The notes: a model not told the origin generated them from the letters alone. DNA of 64,000 nt from Bacillota bacterium (GCA_049324235.1 JBMOLJ010000056.1:9229-73228), one strand, 5' to 3'. Counted from the stretch's first letter, positions 1 to 9,419 are shown. Numbers and translations: made by a program.

Positions 1-623
1 ATCACATCTTCAAGGGAGCACAAGGGGTTATCCAGCCGGGCCACGACAGAGTCGATGGCTTCCCCGAGGTTGTGTGGCGGGATGTTGGTCGCCAGACCCA
101 CCGCGATGCCCGAAGCGCCGTTCACCAGCAGGTTCGGATACCGCCCGGGCAGCATGTCGGGTTCCTTGAGCGAATCATCGAAGTTCAGGCCGAAGGACAC
201 CGTATCCTTGTCGATATCCCTTAAAAGTTCGAGCGATATAGGCGTGAGCCGCGCTTCGGTGTAACGCATAGCCGCAGCCGGGTCCCCGTCCACAGAGCCG
301 AAGTTGCCGTGCCCGTCGACAAGCGGTGCGCGCATATTGTATTCCTGCGCCATGCGCACCATCGCATCGTATACCGACGTGTCCCCGTGCGGATGGTATT
401 TCCCCAGCGTATCGCCGACGATGCGCGCGGACTTCCTGTGCGGCTTGTCGGGCGTCAGCCCCAGCTCCATCATCGTGTAGAGGATGCGCCGCTGCACAGG
501 CTTCAGCCCGTCCTCCACGCGCGGCAGCGCGCGTTCCAGGATGACGTACTCGGCGTAGGGCATCATGGAGCGGTGCATCACTTCTTCCATGGACATCTCA
601 ACGATGTTTTCACCGATTGTCAT
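1..623 (-). CDS. Type IIA DNA topoisomerase subunit A (GyrA/ParC family), N-terminal part; gene runs off left edge
   Basis: Absent from the ORF track because it is open at the window edge. Reverse complement from ATG at 623 reads [49 protein letters not shown]...[24 protein letters not shown]...[14 protein letters not shown] (QRDR and catalytic-Tyr region). The start overlaps the subunit B stop by 14 nt. Confidence 0.9.
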   Translation of the reverse strand, partial: MTIGENIVEMSMEEVMHRSMMPYAEYVILERALPRVEDGLKPVQRRILYTMMELGLTPDKPHRKSARIVGDTLGKYHPHGDTSVYDAMVRMAQEYNMRAPLVDGHGNFGSVDGDPAAAMRYTEARLTPISLELLRDIDKDTVSFGLNFDDSLKEPDMLPGRYPNLLVNGASGIAVGLATNIPPHNLGEAIDSVVARLDNPLCSLEDV

Positions 624-2601
624 TTGATTCGACCCTTTGGCCACTGCCCTTCACCTCCTTGCGCTCAAACGTATCCTTCCGGTTGAAATCCGCGTGGTCC
701 GAAATATACTGCTTGCGCTTTTCCACTTTATCGCCCATCAGCACGGTCACCCGGTGCTCGGCCTCGGCAGCGTCCTCTATGGTCACCCTTATCAGCGAAC
801 GGTGCACGGGGTCCATGGTCGTTTCCCAGAGCTGCTTCGGGTTCATCTCGCCAAGGCCCTTATACCGCTGCAATAGATACCCCTTCTGGCCTTTCGTAAG
901 CGTTTCGAGCTCCCTGTCCGAGTACGCGTACTGTACAGTCTTCCCGCGGGTGATCTTATAGAGCGGCGGCATCCCGATAAACACGTGCCCGCCCGCAATC
1001 AGTTCGCGCATGTACCGGAAAAAGAAGGTTAAAAGAATCGCGCGGATATGCGCCCCGTCCTGGTCGGCGTCGGACAGGATGATGATCTTGCCGTATTTGA
1101 GCGACGCAATGTCGAAGTCCTCGTCAATGCCTGTCCCCAGCGCGGCGATAATCACGCGGAACTCCTCGTTGGCAAGCACCTGGTCCAGCCGTTTCTTCTC
1201 CGCGTTCAGCGGCTTCCCCCTGAGGGGCAATATCGCCTGGAACCTGCGGTCGCGCCCCTGTTTGGCGCTCCCGCCCGCGCTGTCGCCTTCGACGATGAAA
1301 AGCTCGTTCTCATGCGCCTTGCGCCCCGAACAGCTCGCCAGCTTTCCGATGAGCGGCGCGCCCTCGAGCTTGGTACGCTCGCGCGCCATGTGCTTGGCCT
1401 TGCGCGCGGCTTCGCGCACGTGCGCCGCCTGCACGGCCTTTGAGAGTATCCTGCCTACCGTTTCCGCGTTGCGCAGGTCCTCGAGATACATCCCGAGCTG
1501 GTCAGCAATCAACGCCTCCACCGCCGGGCGCGCCTCCGGGTTCCCCAGCTTGCTCTTGGTCTGCCCCTCGAACTGCACGTTCTGCATCTTCAGCGTCAGC
1601 ACGGCGCACAGGCCCTCGCGGAAGTCCTCTCCCGCAAGGTTGCTCTCCTTCTCCTTCAACTGGCCGCCGCGCCTTAACTGCTCGTTCATGGCCTTGGTAA
1701 GCGCGGCCTTGAAGCCCGTTTCGTGCATGCCCCCCTCGGCCGTCGGAATGTTGTTGACGTAGGAGACGATATTGTCGGTGTACGTATCGTTATATTGAAT
1801 AGCCGCGGCGATATGTATCCCGTCTCGTACGCCCTCTATGACGATGGGCGTGGCGTGGAGCACGGTCTTGTCCTGGTTCAGGTAGCGAACAAAGTCGGAG
1901 ATGCCGCCCTCATACATGAACGTGTCTTCCCGCACGCTGCCCTTTACGCGCGCGTCGGTCAGCGTGAACCGGATGCCGCGGTTTAAAAAGGCCAGCTCGC
2001 GCAGCCTGTGGGCAATGGTCTCATAATGGTATTCCAGTGCGCCGAACACTGCGGTGTCCGGCATAAACGTAACGCTCGACCCCTTGCGGCGCGTGCGCCC
2101 CAGGTTCTCCAACCCGCCTATCGGTTTGCCCGGGTCCACCTTTTTTGACGCGGAATCATACACGCTCTCGAACCGCTGCCTGTAGAGGATCCCCTGGTTC
2201 GCGACTTCGACCTCGACCCATTTGGAAAGCGCGTTGACCACCGCGGCTCCCACGCCGTGCAGGCCGCCCGAATACGCATAGTTCTCGCTGTTGAACTTTC
2301 CGCCCGCATGCAGGCGCGTAAAAACGAGTTCGACCCCCGTGACCCCGTGCTCGGGGTGCACGCTGACAGGGATGCCCCGCCCGTCGTCGGTCACGCTAAC
2401 CGAAAGATCGGCGTTTAATGTGATGCCAACGGCAGAGGCATAGCCGTTTGCCGCCTCGTCCACCGCATTGTCCACGATCTCCCATATCAGATGGTGCAGC
2501 CCGCGCACGCCTGTGGAGCCGATATACATGCCCGGACGCAGGCGCACGGCTTCCAGCCCTTCCAGAACCACTAAATCGCTTGCTTCGTAGCCTTTGGCCA
2601 A
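610..2601 (-). CDS. Type IIA DNA topoisomerase subunit B (GyrB/ParE family, 663 aa); probably the second (ParE-like) pair because no dnaA/dnaN/recF context is present
   Basis: [35 protein letters not shown], Toprim [15 protein letters not shown] and PLRGKPLN motifs. Translationally coupled to the subunit A gene. Confidence 0.93.
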   Translation of the reverse strand: MAKGYEASDLVVLEGLEAVRLRPGMYIGSTGVRGLHHLIWEIVDNAVDEAANGYASAVGITLNADLSVSVTDDGRGIPVSVHPEHGVTGVELVFTRLHAGGKFNSENYAYSGGLHGVGAAVVNALSKWVEVEVANQGILYRQRFESVYDSASKKVDPGKPIGGLENLGRTRRKGSSVTFMPDTAVFGALEYHYETIAHRLRELAFLNRGIRFTLTDARVKGSVREDTFMYEGGISDFVRYLNQDKTVLHATPIVIEGVRDGIHIAAAIQYNDTYTDNIVSYVNNIPTAEGGMHETGFKAALTKAMNEQLRRGGQLKEKESNLAGEDFREGLCAVLTLKMQNVQFEGQTKSKLGNPEARPAVEALIADQLGMYLEDLRNAETVGRILSKAVQAAHVREAARKAKHMARERTKLEGAPLIGKLASCSGRKAHENELFIVEGDSAGGSAKQGRDRRFQAILPLRGKPLNAEKKRLDQVLANEEFRVIIAALGTGIDEDFDIASLKYGKIIILSDADQDGAHIRAILLTFFFRYMRELIAGGHVFIGMPPLYKITRGKTVQYAYSDRELETLTKGQKGYLLQRYKGLGEMNPKQLWETTMDPVHRSLIRVTIEDAAEAEHRVTVLMGDKVEKRKQYISDHADFNRKDTFERKEVKGSGQRVESNDNR

Positions 2602-2734
2602 AAGTATCCTTCCTCCTTATGCTGCCTTTCCATATTAATCCTGTATTACTATACCATAAGCCGGGTACCGTAGAAAGAGCCGTGATTTCAACACGTGCAG
2701 AGGCCTGTTGTGTTTCCATCCATCCTTTGCTAAC

Positions 2735-2766
2735 AAAAAGCCCTCCCGAAAAAACGGGAGGGCTTT
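2735..2766 (-). terminator. Rho-independent terminator after the NuoF-like gene
   Basis: Minus-strand hairpin AGCCCTCCCG-TTTTTT-CGGGAGGGCT followed by TTTTGTT. Confidence 0.85.
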
Positions 2767-2782
2767 GCTCAACAGTACCGGA

Positions 2783-4576
2783 TTACTTTTTGCTGATAGC
2801 CCCGAACGGACACTTTTCGATACATACGCCGCACTTGATGCACTTTGCTTGGTCGATCTCATAGGGGGACTTGACAACGCCCGAAATCGCTTCGACCGGA
2901 CAGTTCTTGGCGCAGAGCGAACAGCCGCGGCATTTCTCTTTATCGATCACGACCTGCAGCAGGGCTTTGCATACGCCCGCAGGGCACTTCTTATCCTTGA
3001 TGTGCGCTTCGTACTCATCGCGGAAGTAGCGGATGGTGGACAGTACGGGGTTCGGCGCCGTCTGTCCCAGCGCGCACAGCGCGGTGCTCTTAATCGTTCC
3101 GGCCAGGTCTTCCAGGCGCTCGAGGTCGCCTTCCTCGCCCTTGCCCGAAGTAATCTTCTCCAGCATTTCGATCATGCGCTTGGTGCCTATGCGGCAGGTG
3201 GGGCATTTTCCGCAGGACTCGTCCACGGTGAAATCCAGGAAGAACCGCGCGATGTCCACCATGCAGTTGTCTTCGTCCATGACGATCATTCCGCCCGAAC
3301 CCATCATGGAGCCGATGGCGACGAGGTTATCATAGTCAATGGGCGTATCGAGGTTCTCGGTGGTGATGCAGCCGCCGGAGGGGCCGCCCGTCTGAACCGC
3401 CTTAAACTTCTTGCCATTGGGGATGCCGCCGCCAATCTCGTAGATGATCTCCCTGAGCGTGGTGCCCATGGGTATCTCGACAAGGCCGGTGTTCTCGATC
3501 TTTCCGCCGAGCGCAAACACCTTGGTGCCTTTGCTCTTCTCTGTGCCCATGGACGCGAACCACTCGGGGCCGTTCAATATGATCTGCGGTACGTTTGCAT
3601 AGGTTTCCACGTTGTTCAATATGGTCGGCTTGCCAAACAGGCCCTTGATCGCCGGGAACGGCGGACGCGGACGGGGCTCGCCGCGGTTGCCCTCGATGGA
3701 GGCGATAAGCGCTGTTTCTTCGCCGCAGACGAATGCGCCCGAACCCAGGCGCAGTTCGATATCAAAATCAAAGCCCGTCCCAAAGATATCCTTGCCCAGC
3801 AAACCGTATTCACGCGCCTGCTTGATGGCGATATCCAGACGCTTGACGGCAATGGGGTACTCGGCACGCACATAGATGTAACCCTGCGAAGCGCCGATTG
3901 CGTATCCCGCAATGGCCATAGCTTCCAGCACAACATGGGGGTCGCCCTCCAGGACCGACCTGTCCATGAACGCGCCGGGGTCGCCTTCGTCGGCGTTGCA
4001 AAGAACGTACTTCTGGCCGGTTCCGCCCATGGCAAAGCTCCACTTCATTCCGGTCGGGAAGCCTGCGCCGCCGCGGCCTCTGAGGCCGGAGGCCTTGATA
4101 ATATTCACAACATCTATAGGCTGCATTTCGGTCAAAACCTTGCCTAATGCCTTATATCCGTCGAAAGCTATGTATTCCTCAATCTTCTCGGGATCGATCA
4201 CGCCGCAGTTGCGCAGCGCGACACGCTTCTGCTTCTTGTAAAATTCCACATTGTCAAGCGATTTGATCGTATCGTCTTCCCCAATGCTCTCCGAATACAG
4301 CAAACGGGTTACGATACGGCCCTTTACAAGATGCTCTTCCACGATCTCGTCGACATCGCCGACGGTAACGCGGCTATAGAACGAACCCTCGGGATAGATG
4401 ATGACGACGGGACCCATTGCGCAGAGGCCGAAACACCCCGTCATGACCACCTGTACTTCTTTATCAAGCCCTTTTTGGGCAATAACTTCTTCAAAACGCT
4501 GTTTGATGCCGGGGGAATCCGAAGACGTACAGCCCGTACCATGGCATACCAACACGTGGGAACGATAGAATTCCAT
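2783..4576 (-). CDS. NuoF-like flavoprotein subunit of NAD(P)H-dependent [FeFe]-hydrogenase (HydB/HndC type, 597 aa)
   Basis: N-terminal thioredoxin-like 2Fe-2S region (VLVCHGTGC...GCFGLC). NuoF core (GLRGRGGAGFPTGMKW, ESCGKCPTCR). Two C-terminal 4Fe-4S ferredoxin motifs (CRGCSLCAKNCP, CIKCGVCIEKCP). GGAGG RBS. Confidence 0.92.
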   Translation of the reverse strand: MEFYRSHVLVCHGTGCTSSDSPGIKQRFEEVIAQKGLDKEVQVVMTGCFGLCAMGPVVIIYPEGSFYSRVTVGDVDEIVEEHLVKGRIVTRLLYSESIGEDDTIKSLDNVEFYKKQKRVALRNCGVIDPEKIEEYIAFDGYKALGKVLTEMQPIDVVNIIKASGLRGRGGAGFPTGMKWSFAMGGTGQKYVLCNADEGDPGAFMDRSVLEGDPHVVLEAMAIAGYAIGASQGYIYVRAEYPIAVKRLDIAIKQAREYGLLGKDIFGTGFDFDIELRLGSGAFVCGEETALIASIEGNRGEPRPRPPFPAIKGLFGKPTILNNVETYANVPQIILNGPEWFASMGTEKSKGTKVFALGGKIENTGLVEIPMGTTLREIIYEIGGGIPNGKKFKAVQTGGPSGGCITTENLDTPIDYDNLVAIGSMMGSGGMIVMDEDNCMVDIARFFLDFTVDESCGKCPTCRIGTKRMIEMLEKITSGKGEEGDLERLEDLAGTIKSTALCALGQTAPNPVLSTIRYFRDEYEAHIKDKKCPAGVCKALLQVVIDKEKCRGCSLCAKNCPVEAISGVVKSPYEIDQAKCIKCGVCIEKCPFGAISKK

Positions 4577-4616
4577 GTCCTTTCCTCCTCAACAAGAATA
4601 ATACTTTAATATCCGT

Positions 4617-4985
4617 TTACACCTGGAATTTGCCGACCGTCTGTTCCGCAACGACCCTGTCGTTGACGATATGCTCGGAAACAACCCTGGCAGCCATTTC
4701 AGGCGTCATTTTAACGTACGTGACCTTTTCCTGGCCTGGCTTATACACTTCAACGATAGGCTCGAGCTGGCAAAGGCCGATGCACCCTGTCTGCGACACG
4801 GTAACGTCCGTAAGATTGCGTTTCTGCACTTCCTCCATGATCTTCAAAAGTACGGGGCGTGCGCCGGCCGCTATGCCGCAGGTGGCCATGCCGACAACGA
4901 TGCGCGTGCCTTCGGATTCTTTTCTCAGGTTCAGCGAATCCAGCGTGTTCTTCCTTATGGCTTCAAGCTCTTCTAACGATTTCAT
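4617..4985 (-). CDS. HndB-like thioredoxin-fold [2Fe-2S] ferredoxin
   Basis: MKSLEELEAIRK...VGMATCGIAAGARPV...SQTGCIGLCQLEPIV. ATG at 4985 is preferred (GGAGGTG 10 nt upstream, 4 nt after the previous stop). The ORF-track start 5018 would overlap the upstream gene. Confidence 0.8.
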   Translation of the reverse strand: MKSLEELEAIRKNTLDSLNLRKESEGTRIVVGMATCGIAAGARPVLLKIMEEVQKRNLTDVTVSQTGCIGLCQLEPIVEVYKPGQEKVTYVKMTPEMAARVVSEHIVNDRVVAEQTVGKFQV

Positions 4986-4989
4986 AAAA

Positions 4990-5541
4990 TCAGACACCTC
5001 CAAAAAGTTCTTCTTCACCCTCGCTAAGGTATTCCTGAATCCACGCCTGGACCATGGGTGCTGCTAGCGGTACTTCGCTCCCCAGCGCTTTGCGCAGTTC
5101 TCTTGTGTCCAGCGTGAACGTTTTGCCGTTAAACCGGCGGACATACTCAAAATCAATATCAGGATTGCACAACACCAGTGTCCGTATGGTCCCCGCCATA
5201 TCGCCTAAGGGCTGGCGGTCGATGTGTGACCGGCGGTATGTAGCACGCAGCAGCGTTCCCTTGCCTACCTCGGATTTAATGGTGAAATCCCCGCCTGTCG
5301 CCTTTACTCCCTGCATGAACAGGGAAATTCCCAATCCCACCTTGCGTGTTGTGCGTGTTGTCACAAAAGGATCCGTTACCTTCTCCAAAAGCTCGGGCGG
5401 CATGCCCTTTCCGTTATCCGTGATCTGTATGGTAAGCGTATCGCTTTCTTCCTGCTCGTCAACTTCGATGTTGATCAGCGTGGCGCCGGCGCTTAAGGAA
5501 TTTTGTACAATATCGAGTACATGCAGCGAAATCTCTTCCAT
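4990..5541 (-). CDS. Histidine-kinase-like ATPase (HATPase_c) protein typical of hydrogenase operons
   Basis: MEEISLHVLDIVQNSLSAGA...ITDNGKGMPPE...GLGISLF (N, G1, G2 boxes). Start trimmed from the 266-aa ORF to the ATG at 5541, 20 nt after the NuoE-like stop. Confidence 0.8.
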   Translation of the reverse strand: MEEISLHVLDIVQNSLSAGATLINIEVDEQEESDTLTIQITDNGKGMPPELLEKVTDPFVTTRTTRKVGLGISLFMQGVKATGGDFTIKSEVGKGTLLRATYRRSHIDRQPLGDMAGTIRTLVLCNPDIDFEYVRRFNGKTFTLDTRELRKALGSEVPLAAPMVQAWIQEYLSEGEEELFGGV

Positions 5542-5561
5542 GACTATAGGCGCCTTCCTGT

Positions 5562-6023
5562 TCAGGCGTACTCTTTGAGTACCCGGGCAACATCCTCCGG
5601 CGTCATGCGGCCGTAAACGTTTTCGTTGATGGTCATCACGGGAGCCAGGCCGCAGCAGCCCAGGCAGCGCGTTGCTTCCAGCGTGAACTTCCTGTCCGAA
5701 GTCGTCTTCCCGACCTCCACGTTCAGCTCTTTTTGCAGGCGTTCCAGAACCGCCTGCACGCCCCTTACATAGCAGGCCGTACCCAAGCATACGCTGATGA
5801 CGTATTCGCCCTTGGGTTCCAGAGCAAATTGTGAATAAAACGTTGCGACACCATAAACATCCGTCATGGGTATATCCATTTTCTCCGCAATGAAGTTCTG
5901 CACCTCAAAAGGAACCGCACCGAAAATATCCTGCGCTTTCTGCATCACGGGCATCAATGGACCCTTGGCGTCTTTGTACTCGTCGATGACAGCCTGAAGC
6001 TGATCGAACTTTTCCTGGTTCAT
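5562..6023 (-). CDS. NuoE-like [2Fe-2S] subunit (HydC/HndA type)
   Basis: GVATFYSQF...SVCLGTACYVRG...TRCLGCCGLAPVM. ATG at 6023 is preceded by TAAGGAGG. Confidence 0.9.
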   Translation of the reverse strand: MNQEKFDQLQAVIDEYKDAKGPLMPVMQKAQDIFGAVPFEVQNFIAEKMDIPMTDVYGVATFYSQFALEPKGEYVISVCLGTACYVRGVQAVLERLQKELNVEVGKTTSDRKFTLEATRCLGCCGLAPVMTINENVYGRMTPEDVARVLKEYA

Positions 6024-6187
6024 ACCGACAACCTCCTTAGTACTAAAAGTAACACGACAATCTATTGAATGACATGACAATAAAACTTCACAACCTTGAA
6101 TATTTTAACACACTTCGTCAAAAAATGCACTATTTTTTCAAGTGTGAACCATAACAAATCTGCAGTTAAGTTTCTCCAAATGGCGGT

Positions 6188-6895
6188 CTATTGAGAAATT
6201 CTCCGCTTCATGGCACGGAGTACGCCGCGTGCCGAACACGTCTCTGCTTCTATATATTGTTCCGGTTCCAGGATTGCGTAAATATCATGTGCATCGGATG
6301 TATACACTACACGGTACATGGCCAGGTCAATGGCCGGGATAGGGGCGCTCTTCGATACTTCCAGGGTCGGGAAACTGAGGCCGGGCGGAATGAAGCCCAG
6401 GTTGTACAGGATGGAATTGGCGTTCTTATTAATATGCGCGGGCACGACCAGCCCGTCCAGGTTTTTAACGCGCCTGACCACCTGGTCGATGCCGAGTTCC
6501 AGCGACTGCAACAGGAGCTTGGACTCAACGCCTGTGACCTCGTCGTTTTCGTCCATGATCAGCTGTTTGCCGAAAATATCGACGCGGTTGGGTATGTTGG
6601 GGAGGTATTCATAGATCTCGTCGCCGAATTGCAGCGCAGCTTCCACGGTCTCGAAATAGCAAAGCAGGTGCACTTCTTCGCGGCTCTGCACTTCGAGGCC
6701 GGGCAGGAGCACAAGCCCGCGGCGCATGGCAAGCTTGGCCACAGCCGGCAGGTTCTTTGCACTGTTATGGTCCGTTACGGCAATGACGGACAGTTTTTTA
6801 ATGAACGCCATGTTGACGATGTTATTGGGCGTCATTACCTCTTCCGCGCAGGGGGAAAGACAGCTATGAATATGTAGGTCTGCCGCCAGCTGCAT
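6188..6895 (-). CDS. PHP-domain phosphoesterase
   Basis: MQLAADLHIHSCLSPCAEEVMTPNNIV...AVTDHNSAKN (PHP His motifs). ATG at 6895 has GAGGTG 9 nt upstream. The ORF-track start 7000 overlaps the upstream gene. Confidence 0.8.
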   Translation of the reverse strand: MQLAADLHIHSCLSPCAEEVMTPNNIVNMAFIKKLSVIAVTDHNSAKNLPAVAKLAMRRGLVLLPGLEVQSREEVHLLCYFETVEAALQFGDEIYEYLPNIPNRVDIFGKQLIMDENDEVTGVESKLLLQSLELGIDQVVRRVKNLDGLVVPAHINKNANSILYNLGFIPPGLSFPTLEVSKSAPIPAIDLAMYRVVYTSDAHDIYAILEPEQYIEAETCSARGVLRAMKRRISQ

Positions 6896-6899
6896 AAGC

Positions 6900-7250
6900 T
6901 CAAGCACCTCGCACATTATGGGCACATAGTATCCCAACGATATCGAATGCGTTTTTCCCGCTGGAAATAATGGGCAGTCCTGTCTCTTCGGCCTTTTCAA
7001 GCATGGCTTTCTCGGGAGTCATGCCCTCGGGGAGTATCACGCAGGCCAGGTCCAGCAATTCGGCTACCGCCACCACGTTCATGTGCGTCTGCACCGTGAC
7101 CCATGCCGCCCCCTGCTTTGCGTGGGCCATCACATAGCTTAACAGGTCGCAAACGCAGCCGGAAAGGATTTCCCTGTCTACAGGTGTTCGCGCAGTACAC
7201 AGCGCACCGTCAATTTTTTGCATCAGTTCCGCAACCGTCACGGCCTTCAA
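6900..7250 (-). CDS. DRTGG-domain protein
   Basis: About 116 aa with the DRTGG-like core (GCVCDLLSYVM...VQTHMNVVAVAELL...ILPEG). TTG start forms a TTGA overlap with the upstream stop. Confidence 0.7.
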   Translation of the reverse strand: MKAVTVAELMQKIDGALCTARTPVDREILSGCVCDLLSYVMAHAKQGAAWVTVQTHMNVVAVAELLDLACVILPEGMTPEKAMLEKAEETGLPIISSGKNAFDIVGILCAHNVRGA

Positions 7251-8578
7251 CCTCTTTCCTTATCGTTCTGTTCAAAAGCATTATCCACACTTGCAAGCTT
7301 CACCATCTCCTGCGCAAGATAGCGGACCTTGTCTTTTAAAAGGAAAATACAGTCAAGCTCCACAGCGTCTCCGCGTACGATGTCCTCGGCAAGCGTCTTG
7401 CAATTCGGGGAGCCGCAGGAGCCGCAGTCCAGCCCCGGCAGGATTTCGCAAAGCTGATTGATGCGCTCGAGTTTGTCGATGGCTTTCTGGATGTCCTCAT
7501 CCAGCTGCTCCACGCGCAAGGGCTCAATCCTCTCGGAAAGGTGCACGCGCTCGCTGTGCGCGTAGGCCACCGCATCTTCCGGCATCTTCGTGGCGCGCGG
7601 CATCTCTTCGATCACCCTGGACAGACGCATCTTGGCGACATAGCTGTTTTCAAACGTGAGCGGCCCGCCCAGGCACCCGCCCGTGCAGGAGAGCGCCTCG
7701 ATAAAATCGAGATCGGAAAACTTGCCGTTTTCAACCTCCTCAAACAGACGGATGATATTGTGGATCCCGTCCACCGAGAGATGGTTATCCCATTTAAGCG
7801 CATATTCTTCGCCGCCGGCCGACGCCCAGCCCACACCGGCAGGCAACGAACCGGCCTTCAGCCCGTGCCTTTTCATGCCGGCCTGTCCAAGCTGCGCGTT
7901 TATGCGGCCGAATATATCCACAATGGAGATGGTGCCGTCCACATTACTTATTTTTCTGCCCAGCGGATTCATCACGCTCGTCATCTTGGCCGCGCAGGGC
8001 GTTATGAAAAACACGCCGACGTCCTTTGGATCAACATTACGCTTTTTCGAGAACTCTTCCCGTGCGATGGTGGCCGCGACCTCCATGGGAGAGTCGATAT
8101 CCGAAAGATGCTGCAACAGCGACGGGAAACGTACGCGGATCAGGCGGACCACCGCCGGACACGCCGAAGAAATCAGCGGCCTTTTATATTCGCCCGATTT
8201 CAGCAGCTTGCGCGTCGCTTCGGTCACGATATCGGCCGCGCGCGCGACTTCCCATACGTCGTCAAAACCTATGTTCACAAGAGCGTCCAATACCTGGTCT
8301 ATGGACGTAAGGCTCCTGAACTGCCCGTAAAGTGAAGGCGCGGGGACTGCAATGCGGTATTTGAACCGTTCAAGGCTTTCAAAGCCGTCGGTAACGGCAA
8401 TTTTTGCGTGGTACGGACACACGCGCACACACTCGCCGCAGTCGATGCAGCGTTCGGCAATAATGCTTGCCTTCCCGCCGCGCACGCGTATGGCCTGCGT
8501 CGGGCACCCTTTAATGCAGTTCGTACACCCCTTACACTTATCTTTATCCAACCTGACGGAATGCGGATATTCTTGCAT
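7247..8578 (-). CDS. [FeFe]-hydrogenase H-domain protein with 2x[4Fe-4S] ferredoxin N-terminus and C-terminal CGSCGSPNC Fe-S motif; sensor-like (non-canonical active-site motifs)
   Basis: CKGCTNCIKGCP and CIDCGECVRVCP. H-cluster motifs are altered to SSACP / TPCAAK / EALSCTGGCLGGP. C-terminal LDCGSCGSPNCKTLAEDI. No PAS domain. Confidence 0.8.
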   Translation of the reverse strand: MQEYPHSVRLDKDKCKGCTNCIKGCPTQAIRVRGGKASIIAERCIDCGECVRVCPYHAKIAVTDGFESLERFKYRIAVPAPSLYGQFRSLTSIDQVLDALVNIGFDDVWEVARAADIVTEATRKLLKSGEYKRPLISSACPAVVRLIRVRFPSLLQHLSDIDSPMEVAATIAREEFSKKRNVDPKDVGVFFITPCAAKMTSVMNPLGRKISNVDGTISIVDIFGRINAQLGQAGMKRHGLKAGSLPAGVGWASAGGEEYALKWDNHLSVDGIHNIIRLFEEVENGKFSDLDFIEALSCTGGCLGGPLTFENSYVAKMRLSRVIEEMPRATKMPEDAVAYAHSERVHLSERIEPLRVEQLDEDIQKAIDKLERINQLCEILPGLDCGSCGSPNCKTLAEDIVRGDAVELDCIFLLKDKVRYLAQEMVKLASVDNAFEQNDKERG

Positions 8579-8622
8579 GCCTGTCTTCCTTTCCCAGGCG
8601 CAATATCAGGCTTTTGCGCCTG

Positions 8623-9048
8623 CTAAACCAGAAACTTAAGCGTAAGCGTTGTCCCCTCAGGCGATGATTTGATGTCCATTTCATCGCAGCAGCGCTGTAT
8701 GTTGCTCATGCCCAGTCCTGCCCCGAATCCCATGTTCCTGACCTCTTCGCTTGCCGTTGAGTATCCGTCCTGCATAGCAAGCTCCACATCTTCTATGCCC
8801 GGGCCGGTATCCGCAAACACCAGTATCACGGCGTGGGGCGAAATTTGGGCGCGCAGCGTACCGCCGAAGCTGTGAATCACCATGTTCAATTCAGCTTCGT
8901 ACGACGCGATGGACACTCTGCGCAGGATGCCCGCTTCGATGCCCAGCTGGCGCAGAATCTGTTTTATTGCACTTGAGGCTTCGCCTGCCTTAAGAAAATT
9001 ACCTTTTTCAATGACGTACTCTTTTTGCAATACGTTTAACGCTGTCAC
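8623..9048 (-). CDS. SpoIIAB/RsbW-type serine kinase-like ATPase (HATPase_c_2)
   Basis: ELNMVIHSFGG (N box-like), DTGPGIED (G1), GFGAGLGMSNI (G2). GTG start in a GTGA overlap with the upstream DRTGG gene. Confidence 0.75.
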   Translation of the reverse strand: MTALNVLQKEYVIEKGNFLKAGEASSAIKQILRQLGIEAGILRRVSIASYEAELNMVIHSFGGTLRAQISPHAVILVFADTGPGIEDVELAMQDGYSTASEEVRNMGFGAGLGMSNIQRCCDEMDIKSSPEGTTLTLKFLV

Positions 9049-9419
9049 GTTTTCCTGCTCCGTTCAAATTCCAATGCTATCGGCGGCAGATCCTTCACAT
9101 ACAGCAACCCGCTGGCCTCGTAGATTGAATATTCCGTGCTCATTACCACCATGCCCCGCTCCTGTGCAAGGTCCAGTACGTGCTGGGGGGGTATTTTCCC
9201 GCGGACAAACAGGATGCACCACAGGTCGATGACTTCGGCCGTGCGTATGACCTGGATGTTCGCAAGCCCGGTTAAAAGGACCAGGTCCTTACCGTTTACA
9301 TACGCCAGCACATCGCTCATGAGGTCTGACCCGCAGGCGGCCCGGATTTCGGCATCAAGCTTGTCCTCTCCAACAAGTACCTTCGCGGATACGATTTGAG
9401 CAATTTCTCGCACTTTCAT
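9045..9419 (-). CDS. DRTGG-domain protein
   Basis: MKVREIAQIV...GSDLMSDVLAY...VLLTGLANIQVIRTAEV. ATG at 9419 chosen within the 137-aa ORF. Confidence 0.7.
   Translation of the reverse strand: MKVREIAQIVSAKVLVGEDKLDAEIRAACGSDLMSDVLAYVNGKDLVLLTGLANIQVIRTAEVIDLWCILFVRGKIPPQHVLDLAQERGMVVMSTEYSIYEASGLLYVKDLPPIALEFERSRKT

Noticed and set aside
1-2601. Possibility that this is the origin-proximal gyrB-gyrA pair.
   Set aside because: There is no dnaA/dnaN/recF context or DnaA-box cluster upstream. The upstream neighbour is a hydrogenase operon terminator. The pair is kept as GyrB/ParE-family with ParE/ParC-like favoured, since it cannot be resolved without phylogeny.
2708-4147. 479-aa plus-strand ORF antisense to the NuoF-like gene. 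Similar long shadow ORFs occur elsewhere, e.g. 1010-1762, 7541-8335, 11696-12643, 19347-20120, 41011-41523, 56597-57556 and 57703-59607 (634 aa opposite valS).
   Set aside because: They lie opposite genes with unambiguous conserved motifs. Their products are Arg/Ala/Gly/His-rich low-complexity sequences typical of antisense frames in GC-rich DNA, and they have no RBS.
4990-5790. Long forms of ORF-track ORFs that overlap the upstream gene (266-aa HATPase ORF, 270-aa PHP ORF 6188-7000, 404-aa propeller ORF 54681-55895, 893-aa valS ORF, 202-aa VOC ORF).
   Set aside because: The N-terminal extensions overlap the 3' ends of well-supported upstream genes, are Arg/Gly-rich, and have no RBS. Internal ATG/GTG/TTG codons with good SD sequences give the conserved N-termini.
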